A program made the translations under genes and the position numbers. The notes beneath the pieces were generated by a model that saw only the letters and a list, made by a program, of their open reading frames with translations, was not told the DNA's origin and did not search any database. DNA of 22,976 nt from a virus (Duplodnaviria; Heunggongvirae; Uroviricota; Caudoviricetes). The stretch lies in the IMG/VR virus record IMGVR_UViG_2563366959_000008, one strand, 5' to 3'. Of this stretch, positions 15,648-22,976 are shown piece after piece (position 1 is the stretch's first letter; each line of letters starts with the position of its first letter).

Positions 15648-16087
15648 ATTTTGCCCTCAGACTGGCGCGTGAGATGGGGAGGCCTGACTGGCGCGCCATG
15701 CTTGCCGGGATGACATCCACCGAATATGCCGACTGGCGACATTTTTACCGTACGCATTATTTTCACGATACCCAACTGGATATGCATTTTTCCGGGCTGA
15801 CGTACGCCGTACTCAGCCTGTTTTTTTGCGATCCGGATATGCATCCCTCTGATTTCAGTCTGCTTGCCCCCCGGCGTGAGAAAGCGCAGACGGAGATGCC
15901 GGATGAGGAAAAAATGCTGATGCAGAAAGCGGCAGGACTTGCCGGAGGCGTACGGTTTGGTGGGGACGGAGGGCGTGAGATTTTATCGTCTGCGGATGTG
16001 GCGGATGTCAGCGAGGATGATGTCGCATTAATGATGGCTTCAGCGGGGATTCCGGGAGGTGTGAGATATGTCCCAGCCGGTTGGTGA
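15216..16087 (+). CDS. GT: Tail assembly chaperone G-T fusion (product of -1 frameshift at 15623-15629)
   Basis: T frame open from the slip site to the TGA at 16085-16087; T part (…STEYADW.RFY.THYFHD..LDMHFSGLTY.VLSLFF.DPDMHP.DFSLL…LMQKAAGLAGGVRFG…) matches recalled lambda GT; end overlaps the start of H. Confidence 0.8.
15623..15629 (+). other. Programmed -1 ribosomal frameshift site GGGAAAG for G-T synthesis
   Basis: Heptamer G GGA AAG at 15623-15629 near the 3' end of G; the -1 frame continues KVFDGELNFALRLAREMGRPDWRAML… (T portion). Confidence 0.8.
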
Positions 16088-18647
16088 TCTTGTTATTGAC
16101 CTGAGTCTGGATGCGGTCCGTTTCGATGAGCAGATGAGCCGGGTAAGGCGTCATTTTTCCGGACTGGAGACTGACGCCAGAAAAACCGTCGGTGTCGTTG
16201 AGCAGAACCTGAGTCGTCAGGCGCTGGCTGCACAAAAAGCCGGGATTTCCGTCGGGCAGTATAAAGCGGCCATGCGAACCCTGCCCGCACAGTTTACGGA
16301 TATCGCCACGCAGCTTGCCGGTGGTCAGAATCCCTGGCTGATCCTGCTGCAACAGGGCGGTCAGGTGAAGGACTCCTTCGGCGGGATGATCCCCATGTTC
16401 AGGGGACTTGCCGGTACGATCACCCTGCCGATGGTCGGGGTCACCTCGCTGGCGGTGGCGACAGGTGCGCTGGCGTACGCCTGGTACCAGGGGGATTCCA
16501 CGCTTTCAGCGTTTAATAAAACCCTGGTTCTTTCCGGTAATCAGTCCGGACTGACTGCCGATCGCATGCTGACGCTCTCCAGAGCCGGACAGGCCGCAGG
16601 GCTGACGTTTAACCAGGCGAGTGAGTCACTGGCAGCCCTGGTGAATGTCGGTGTGCGTGGTGGTGCACAGTTTGATGCCATCAACCAGAGTGTCGCGCGT
16701 TTTGCTTCTGCATCCGGTGTGGAGGTGGACAAGGTTGCAGAGGCTTTCGGAAAACTGACCACCGACCCGACGTCGGGGCTGATGGCGATGGCGCGCCAGT
16801 TCCGTAACGTGACGGCAGAGCAGATTGCGTATGTTGCGCAGCTGCAGCGTTCCGGTGATGAGGCCGGGGCCTTACAGGCGGCGAACGATGCTGCCACGAA
16901 AGGCTTTGATGAGCAGACCCGTCGCCTGAAAGAAAACATGGGGACGCTGGAGACCTGGGCGGATAAAACAGGGAAGGCGTTCAAATCGATGTGGGATGCC
17001 ATTCTGGATATTGGTCGTCCGGAATCCTCAGCGGATATGCTTGCCAGTGCGCAGAAGGCATTCGATGAGGCGGATAAAAAATGGCAGTGGTACCAGAGCC
17101 GGAGCCAGCGCCGGGGAAAGACCTCCTCTTTCCGTGCCAACCTGCAGGGCGCATGGGATGACCGGGAAAATGCCCGTCTGGGGCTGGCAGCGGCCACGCT
17201 GCAGTCGGATATGGAAAAAGCCGGTGAACTGGCTACCAGGGACCGGGCCGAACGGGACGCATCACAGCTGAAGTATACCGGAGAGGCGCAGAAGGCGTAT
17301 GAGCGTCTGCTGACGCCGCTGGAGAAATATACTAACCGGCAGGAAGAGCTGAATAAGGCCCTGAAAGACGGGAAAATCCTGCAGGCGGATTACAACACGC
17401 TGATGGCGGCGGCGAAAAAGGATTATGAATCGACGCTGAAAAAGCCGAAGTCGTCAGGTGTTAAAGTGTCAGCCGGTGAGCGTCAGGAAGACCTGACGCA
17501 TGCGGCGCTGCTGGCGCTTGAAACCGAGCTCCGGACGCTGGAGAAGCACAGCGGAGCGAATGAGAAAATCAGCCAGCAGCGCCGGGATTTGTGGAAGGCG
17601 GAGAGTCAGTTCGCGGTACTGGAGGAGGCGGCGCAACGTCGCCAGCTGTCTGCACAGGAGAAATCCCTGCTGGCCCATGAGCAAGAGACGCTGGAGTACA
17701 AACGCCAGCTGGCTGACCTGGGTGACAAGGTTGAATACCAGAAACGGCTGAATGAGCTGGCAAATCAGGCTGTGCGGTTTGAACAGCAGCAGAGTGCGAA
17801 GCAGGCTGCAATCAGCGCAAAAGCCCGGGGGCTGACGGACCGTCAGGCACAGCGGGAGTCGGAATCGCAGCGCCTTCGTGACGTGTACGGTGATAATCCG
17901 GATGCGCTGGCGAAGGCCACATCTGCACTGAAGAACACCTGGTCTGCGGAGGAGCAGCTTCGTGGAAGCTGGATGGCCGGTCTGAAGTCCGGCTGGGGCG
18001 AGTGGGCAGAAAGTGCGACGGACAGTTTTTCGCAGGTTAAAAGCGTGGCCACGCAGACCTTTGACGGTATTGCACAGAATATGGCAGCGATGCTGACCGG
18101 CAGCGAACAGAGCTGGCGTGGTTTCACCCGTTCTGTGCTCTCCATGCTGACAGAGATTTTTCTGAAGCAGGCCATGGTGGGGATTGTCGGGAGTATTGGC
18201 AGCGCCATGGGTGGTGCTTTCGGTGGTGGGGCGTCTGCCTCCACGGGGACGGCCATTCAGGCTGCGGCGGCGAACTTCCATTTCGCGACCGGAGGATTTA
18301 CGGGAACCGGTGGCAAATATGAGCCAGCGGGGATTGTTCACCGTGGTGAGTTTGTCTTCACGAAGGAGGCAACCAGCCGGATTGGCGTCGGCAACCTGTA
18401 TCGTCTGATGCGCGGGTATGCGGAAGGTGGTTATGTGGGCGGTGCCGGAAGTCCGGCGCAGATGCGGCGGGCGGAAGGCATTAGTTTTAATCAGAACAAT
18501 CACGTGGTGATTCAGAACGACGGCACCAACGGACAGGCGGGGCCGCAGCTGATGAAGGCGGTGTATGACATGGCCCGCAAGGGGGCGCAGGATGAGATTC
18601 AGGCGCAGATGCGTGATGGCGGCGTCTTTTCCGGAGGCAGGCGATGA
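16068..18647 (+). CDS. H: Tail tape measure protein (gpH-like)
   Basis: 859 aa; long collinear identity with recalled lambda gpH (LSRQALAAQKAGISVGQYKAAMR.LPAQFTD…ISQQRRDLWKAESQFAVLEEAAQRRQLSAQEKSLLAH…HFATGGFTGTGGKYEPAGIVHRGEFVFTKEATSRIGVGNLYRLMRGYA). Confidence 0.95.
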   Translation: MSQPVGDLVIDLSLDAVRFDEQMSRVRRHFSGLETDARKTVGVVEQNLSRQALAAQKAGISVGQYKAAMRTLPAQFTDIATQLAGGQNPWLILLQQGGQVKDSFGGMIPMFRGLAGTITLPMVGVTSLAVATGALAYAWYQGDSTLSAFNKTLVLSGNQSGLTADRMLTLSRAGQAAGLTFNQASESLAALVNVGVRGGAQFDAINQSVARFASASGVEVDKVAEAFGKLTTDPTSGLMAMARQFRNVTAEQIAYVAQLQRSGDEAGALQAANDAATKGFDEQTRRLKENMGTLETWADKTGKAFKSMWDAILDIGRPESSADMLASAQKAFDEADKKWQWYQSRSQRRGKTSSFRANLQGAWDDRENARLGLAAATLQSDMEKAGELATRDRAERDASQLKYTGEAQKAYERLLTPLEKYTNRQEELNKALKDGKILQADYNTLMAAAKKDYESTLKKPKSSGVKVSAGERQEDLTHAALLALETELRTLEKHSGANEKISQQRRDLWKAESQFAVLEEAAQRRQLSAQEKSLLAHEQETLEYKRQLADLGDKVEYQKRLNELANQAVRFEQQQSAKQAAISAKARGLTDRQAQRESESQRLRDVYGDNPDALAKATSALKNTWSAEEQLRGSWMAGLKSGWGEWAESATDSFSQVKSVATQTFDGIAQNMAAMLTGSEQSWRGFTRSVLSMLTEIFLKQAMVGIVGSIGSAMGGAFGGGASASTGTAIQAAAANFHFATGGFTGTGGKYEPAGIVHRGEFVFTKEATSRIGVGNLYRLMRGYAEGGYVGGAGSPAQMRRAEGISFNQNNHVVIQNDGTNGQAGPQLMKAVYDMARKGAQDEIQAQMRDGGVFSGGRR

Positions 18648-18973
18648 AAACATTTCGCTGGAAAGTGAAGCCGGATATGGAGGTGAACTCGCAGCCATCG
18701 GTGCGTGAAGTGCGTTTTGGTGACGGGTATTCGCAGCGTATGGCGGCGGGGCTGAATGCTGACCTGAAAACATACCGTGTGACGCTTTCCGTGACCCGGG
18801 AGGAGGCCCGACATCTGGAGGCATTCCTGGCAGAGCACGGTGGCTGGAAGGCGTTTCTGTGGACACCGCCTTATGCCTGGCGGCAGATAAAGGTGACCTG
18901 TGCCGCCTGGTCATCACGGGTTCGCATGCTGCGGGTTGAATTCAGCGCGGAGTTTAAGCAGGTGGTGAACTGA
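18644..18973 (+). CDS. M: Minor tail protein M
   Basis: 109 aa, MKTFRWKVKP.M…VRFGDGYSQR…L.EHGGWK.FLWTPPY.WRQIKVTCA.WSSRV.MLRVEFSAEF.QVVN as recalled for lambda gpM. Confidence 0.9.
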   Translation: MKTFRWKVKPDMEVNSQPSVREVRFGDGYSQRMAAGLNADLKTYRVTLSVTREEARHLEAFLAEHGGWKAFLWTPPYAWRQIKVTCAAWSSRVRMLRVEFSAEFKQVVN

Positions 18974-19671
18974 TGCAGGATATTCACGAAGAAAGTCTGA
19001 ACGAGTCGGTTAAATCAGAGCAGTCACCGCGGGTGGTACTCTGGGAAATCGACCTGACGGTGCAGGGTGGTGAGCGGTATTTTTTCTGTAATGAGCTGAA
19101 TGAAAAAGGGGAGGCGGTCACCTGGCAGGGGCGGCAATATCAGGTATACCCGATTGACGGCAGCGGTTTTGAGATGAACGGGAAGGGCAGCAGTGCCAGA
19201 CCGTCGCTGACGGTGTCCAATCTGTTTGGTCTGGTCACCGGGATGGCGGAAGACCTGCAGAGTCTGGTGGGGGCCACGGTGGTCCGCCGCCGGGTGTATG
19301 CCCGTTTTCTGGATGCGGTGAATTTTGTGGCGGGCAATCCGGAAGCGGACCCGGAGCAGGAGCTGAGCGACCGCTGGGTGGTGGAGCAGATGTCAGAGCT
19401 GACGGCCATGACGGCCTCGTTTGTGCTGGCGACACCGACCGAGACGGACGGGGCGCTGTTTCCTGGTCGCATCATGCTGGCGAACACCTGTATGTGGGAT
19501 TACCGGGGAGATGAATGCGGGTATAACGGTCCTGCGGTGGCGGATGAGTTCGACAACCCCACCACGGATATCCGTAAGGACAGATGCAGCAAGTGCATGC
19601 GCGGGTGTGAGATGCGCGGCATGGTGGCTAATTTTGGCGGTTTCCTTTCCATTAACAAACTTTCGCAGTAA
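18973..19671 (+). CDS. L: Minor tail protein L (with C-terminal Cys cluster)
   Basis: 232 aa; VLWEIDLT…GERYFFCNE.NEKGE.VTWQGRQYQ.YPI…FPGRIMLANTC.W.YRGDECGY.GPAVADE.D.PT.DI.KD.CSKC; conserved cysteines as recalled for lambda gpL. Confidence 0.9.
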   Translation: MQDIHEESLNESVKSEQSPRVVLWEIDLTVQGGERYFFCNELNEKGEAVTWQGRQYQVYPIDGSGFEMNGKGSSARPSLTVSNLFGLVTGMAEDLQSLVGATVVRRRVYARFLDAVNFVAGNPEADPEQELSDRWVVEQMSELTAMTASFVLATPTETDGALFPGRIMLANTCMWDYRGDECGYNGPAVADEFDNPTTDIRKDRCSKCMRGCEMRGMVANFGGFLSINKLSQ

Positions 19672-19676
19672 ATCCA

Positions 19677-20420
19677 ATGACACAGACAGAATCAGCGATT
19701 CTGGCGCATGCCCGGCGGTGTGTGCCTGCGGAGTCGTGCGGCTTCGTGGTGAGAACGCCGGAGGGGGAGCGGTATATCCCTTGTGTGAATATCTCTGCAG
19801 AGCCGGAGGCGTATTTTCGTATTGCACCGGAAGACTGGCTGCGGGCAGAGATGCAGGGGGAGATTGTGGCACTGGTCCACAGTCATCCCGGTGGTCTGCC
19901 CTGGCTGAGCGAGGCTGACCGGCGGCTGCAGATAAAAAGCGCACTGCCCTGGTGGCTGGTCTGCCGGGGTGACATTCACAAATTCCGCTGCGTGCCGCAC
20001 CTGACGGGACGGCGCTTTGAGCACGGGGTGACGGACTGTTACACCCTGTTCCGGGATGCATACCATCTGGCGGGGACTGAAATGCCGGATTTTCATCGCG
20101 GGGATGACTGGTGGCGCAACGGTCAGAACCTTTACCTGGACAATATGGCGGTCACCGGCTTTTACCGGGTGCCCCTGTCCTCTGCACAGGCGGGCGATAT
20201 TCTGCTGTGCTGCTTTGGTGCTTCGGTACCGAACCATGCCGCCATATACTGCGGCAACGGTGAGCTGCTTCACCATCTGCCTGAACAACTGAGTAAACGG
20301 GAGAGGTATTCCGAAAAATGGCAACGACGAACGCATTCTGTCTGGCGTCACCGCCACTGGCACGCATCTGCCTTCACGGGGATTTACAACGATTTGGCCG
20401 CCGCCTCAGCCTGTACGTGA
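19677..20420 (+). CDS. K: Tail assembly protein K (JAMM/MPN metalloprotease-like plus NlpC/P60-like domains)
   Basis: Single 247-codon ORF; JAMM motif HSHPGGLPWLSEAD visible; the C-terminal part carries the conserved Cys (GVTDCYTLF) and His residues; overlaps the start of I in another frame. Confidence 0.9.
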   Translation: MTQTESAILAHARRCVPAESCGFVVRTPEGERYIPCVNISAEPEAYFRIAPEDWLRAEMQGEIVALVHSHPGGLPWLSEADRRLQIKSALPWWLVCRGDIHKFRCVPHLTGRRFEHGVTDCYTLFRDAYHLAGTEMPDFHRGDDWWRNGQNLYLDNMAVTGFYRVPLSSAQAGDILLCCFGASVPNHAAIYCGNGELLHHLPEQLSKRERYSEKWQRRTHSVWRHRHWHASAFTGIYNDLAAASACT

Positions 20421-20998
20421 ACACGGCAGCGGAAGCCATTCGCGCCCTGTCGATGCAGATGCCGGGCTTTCGCCGTCAGATGAACGAAGGGTGGTACCAG
20501 ATACGTATTGCCGGTGAGGACACGGCACCGGAGGCGGTGTACGCCCGTCTTCACGAACAGCTGGGTGAGGGAACGGTCATCCACATTGTGCCGCGACTGG
20601 CCGGGGCCGGAAAGGGTGGACTGCAGATTGTGCTGGGGGCGGCAGCCATCGTGGGCTCTTTCTTCACTGCCGGAGGCTCGATGGCGTTATGGGGTACAGC
20701 CCTGAGTGCCGGTGGTTTTTCTGCCACCACGATGCTGTTTTCACTGGGTGCCAGTATGATTCTGGGCGGTGTGGCCCAGATGCTGGCCCCGAAGGCAAAA
20801 ACACCGGATTACCGCGCAACGGATAACGGCAGACAGAACACGTATTTTTCGTCACTGGACAACATGATTGCCCAGGGTAACCCGATGCCGGTGCCTTACG
20901 GGGAAATGCTGGTTGGTTCACGACGGATATCCCAGGACATCAGCACCCGTGATGAAGGCGGGGGCGGAAAGGTCGTGGTTATCGGGCGGCAGGGGTAA
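20318..20998 (+). CDS. I: Tail assembly protein I
   Basis: 226 aa; ARICL.GDLQRFGRR…IRAL..Q.P.FR…GWYQ.RIAG…GAVIHIVPR.AGA…QIVLGAAAI.GSFFTAG…LFSLGASM.LGGVAQMLAPKA.TP…TDNG.QNTYFSSLDNM.AQGN as recalled for lambda gpI. Confidence 0.9.
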   Translation: MATTNAFCLASPPLARICLHGDLQRFGRRLSLYVNTAAEAIRALSMQMPGFRRQMNEGWYQIRIAGEDTAPEAVYARLHEQLGEGTVIHIVPRLAGAGKGGLQIVLGAAAIVGSFFTAGGSMALWGTALSAGGFSATTMLFSLGASMILGGVAQMLAPKAKTPDYRATDNGRQNTYFSSLDNMIAQGNPMPVPYGEMLVGSRRISQDISTRDEGGGGKVVVIGRQG

Positions 20999-21012
20999 AA
21001 AGAATAAAAAAT

Positions 21013-21042
21013 CCCGCAGTGCTCACGGACAGGAACTGCGGG
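21013..21042 (-). terminator. Candidate intrinsic terminator for the minus-strand sodC transcript
   Basis: Inverted repeat cccgcagt…actgcggg; on the minus strand it is followed by a U-rich tract (the complement of aaaaagaataaaaaa at 20995-21010). Confidence 0.4.
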
Positions 21043-21160
21043 AGAGTTACGAAGATTAAGTGTAAGGAATTATTCTTATGTCACGACAAAAACATTAACT
21101 CAGAGAGGGAGGATGTGCCGTTCTTTTCAGGGAGAAAGGATTTATCGTCCTGAGGAATAA

Positions 21161-21183
21161 AGGTAAGGGGCCCGCCCCTTACC
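21161..21183 (-). terminator. GC-rich hairpin immediately 3' of sodC
   Basis: aggtaagggg-ccc-gccccttacct, a perfect 10-bp stem 8-30 nt beyond the sodC stop; the flanking T-tract is weak. Confidence 0.4.
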
Positions 21184-21190
21184 TGACTGA

Positions 21191-21718
21191 TTATTGAATG
21201 ATGCCGCAGGCCATTCTCGCACCACCACCGCCCAGGGGCTCCGGATGGTCATGATGGTTATCACCGCCAGCATGAAGCATGAGAGAACGCCCTTTAATCT
21301 CTTTTAATGAGTTCAGTCTCGGGGCCAGGACCGGGTAGTTCGCTTTTCCGTCATGCGTCACGAACAGCGCAGGGAGGTCGCCCGGGTGTCCATCCGGAGA
21401 CCAGGGGCCAAGATGTTTGCCGGTGTTTTTCGGGTCAAAGTGACCGCCAGCCGATAATGCTGCGACCGGTTTTCCGTCTTTCAGTGCCGGGGCGCAATTT
21501 CCTTTTTCGTGCACATGAAAACCATGAATGCCTTCAGACAGAGAGTGAAGGGCTGGTGTGAACAGCAGACCGTAGGGGGTCTCCTGAATGGTTATTTTTC
21601 CAATGCTGACTTCTTTTCCGTCAGCACTGACAAGGTTCATTGGGACTTCCTGTTCTGCTGCGTATCCGCATGATGCTGCTGTCAGCATGGCAATGGCAGC
21701 AATGATTTTACATTTCAT
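21191..21718 (-). CDS. sodC: Periplasmic Cu/Zn superoxide dismutase (prophage-borne SodC)
   Basis: True start [20 protein letters not shown] (signal peptide) at 21718, 175 aa; copper/zinc ligand motifs [27 protein letters not shown] and [24 protein letters not shown]. The 344-codon ORF in the track is an upstream in-frame extension into antisense J. Confidence 0.9.
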   Translation of the reverse strand: MKCKIIAAIAMLTAASCGYAAEQEVPMNLVSADGKEVSIGKITIQETPYGLLFTPALHSLSEGIHGFHVHEKGNCAPALKDGKPVAALSAGGHFDPKNTGKHLGPWSPDGHPGDLPALFVTHDGKANYPVLAPRLNSLKEIKGRSLMLHAGGDNHHDHPEPLGGGGARMACGIIQ

Positions 21719-21851
21719 AAAACCCTCATTAATTCCGTTAACAGACTGAGCTTGCTGGTTACAGGGTAACAAACAGCGTTCTGATGATATCGCGCAATAG
21801 CTGTGCAATATCCTATCACTGCGATTAATAATACCAATTGAGAGGAACATT

Positions 21852-22976
21852 ATGGGCAAAGGTGGCGGCAAGGCGCACACACCGCGCGAGGCGAAGGACA
21901 ATCTCAAATCCACGCAGATGATGAGTGTGATTGATGCGATTGGTGAGGGACCGATAGAAGGCCCGGTGAAAGGCCTGCAGAGTATTCTGGTGAACAAAAC
22001 CCCGCTGACGGACACGGACGGTAATCCCGTGATACACGGTGTGACGGCGGTCTGGCGCGCCGGGGAGCAGGAGCAGACACCACCGGAAGGCTTTGAGTCC
22101 TCCGGTGCTGAAACCGGACTGGGCGTGGAAGTGACGAAGGCAAAACCGGTGACGCGCACCATTACGTCCGCGAACATTGACCGCCTGCGGGTTACCTTCG
22201 GGGTGCAGTCACTGGTGCAGACCACGTCAAAGGGCGACCGTAATCCTTCCTCTGTCCGGATTCTGATTCAGTTACAGCGTAATGGCCGCTGGGTGACGGA
22301 AAAGGACGTCACCATTAACGGCAAGACCACCTCACAGTTCCTGGCCTCGGTGATTCTGGAGAATCTGCCTCCCCGGCCCTTTAACATCCGGATGGTCAGG
22401 GAGACGGCGGACAGCACCCCGGACCAGCTGCAGAATAAGACGCTGTGGTCGTCATACACCGAAATCATCGATGTGAAACAGTGCTACCCGAACACGGCCA
22501 TTGTGGGGCTGCAGGTGGATGCGGAGCAGTTCGGCGGCCAGCAGATGACGGTGAACTACCATATCCGCGGTCGCATCATCCAGGTGCCGTCAAACTATGA
22601 CCCGGAAAAACGCACGTACAGTGGTATCTGGGACGGCAGTCTGAAACCGGCATACAGCAACAACCCGGCCTGGTGCCTGTGGGACATGCTGACTCACCCG
22701 CGCTACGGCATGGGAAAACGTCTGGGGGCGGCGGATGTGGACAAGTGGGCGCTGTATGCCATCGGGCAGTACTGCGACCAGACGGTCCCGGATGGTTTCG
22801 GGGGCACAGAGCCGCGGATGACCTTTAATGCGTACCTGTCACAACAGCGTAAGGCATGGGATGTGCTCAGTGATTTCTGCTCGGCGATGCGCTGTATGCC
22901 GGTATGGAACGGCCAGACGCTGACGTTCGTTCAGGACCGCCCGTCGGATGTGGTGTGGCCGTACACCAACAGCGAT
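21852..22976 (+). CDS. J: Tail tip / host specificity protein J (5' part; continues beyond the window)
   Basis: ATG 21852; [22 protein letters not shown]…[51 protein letters not shown]…[22 protein letters not shown]…[52 protein letters not shown]…[35 protein letters not shown] as recalled for lambda J; the frame is open to the last base. Confidence 0.9.
   Translation, partial: MGKGGGKAHTPREAKDNLKSTQMMSVIDAIGEGPIEGPVKGLQSILVNKTPLTDTDGNPVIHGVTAVWRAGEQEQTPPEGFESSGAETGLGVEVTKAKPVTRTITSANIDRLRVTFGVQSLVQTTSKGDRNPSSVRILIQLQRNGRWVTEKDVTINGKTTSQFLASVILENLPPRPFNIRMVRETADSTPDQLQNKTLWSSYTEIIDVKQCYPNTAIVGLQVDAEQFGGQQMTVNYHIRGRIIQVPSNYDPEKRTYSGIWDGSLKPAYSNNPAWCLWDMLTHPRYGMGKRLGAADVDKWALYAIGQYCDQTVPDGFGGTEPRMTFNAYLSQQRKAWDVLSDFCSAMRCMPVWNGQTLTFVQDRPSDVVWPYTNSD

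Noticed and set aside
21719-22225. 344-codon minus-strand ORF extending sodC upstream
   Set aside because: The extension runs antisense through the J start region; the real sodC begins at the signal-peptide Met at 21718.
1-22976. Dedicated anti-phage defence system, toxin-antitoxin pair, tRNA or rRNA genes
   Set aside because: Apart from the IS transposase, every ORF above about 100 codons is accounted for by phage lysis or morphogenesis genes, the PerC-like gene or sodC. No nuclease, ATPase, methyltransferase or TA-like gene pair and no tRNA-like cloverleaf was recognised; the small ORFs reported above remain the only unexplained coding candidates.

Overview
This window is the late (lysis plus morphogenesis) region of a lambda-like siphovirus prophage, most likely in an Escherichia/Shigella genome. 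All calls rest on reading the sequence and the ORF track and on recalled family knowledge; no database search or computation was run. Plus-strand gene order: 3' end of an upstream gene; pinholin S; SAR endolysin R; Rz with embedded Rz1; a cos site whose cosN matches lambda; then Nu1-A-W-B-C(Nu3)-D-E-FI-FII-Z-U-V-G/GT-H-M-L-K-I and the 5' part of J. Non-lambda cargo sits in the usual moron slots: an AT-rich insert with a minus-strand ORF between S and R; a terminator and a 35-codon membrane-peptide ORF between R and Rz; a PerC/Pch-like regulator and a DUF3950/YlcI-like gene between Rz and cos; and a periplasmic Cu/Zn superoxide dismutase (sodC) on the minus strand between I and J. A 1310-bp IS629-like element (IS3 family) is inserted in W and truncates it, so the prophage is probably defective for particle maturation. 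I did not find a canonical defence system, CRISPR array, tRNA or rRNA; the most interesting signals are the IS-disrupted W, the mosaic cos/Nu1 module, the virulence-type morons and the paired inverted-repeat elements upstream of S.
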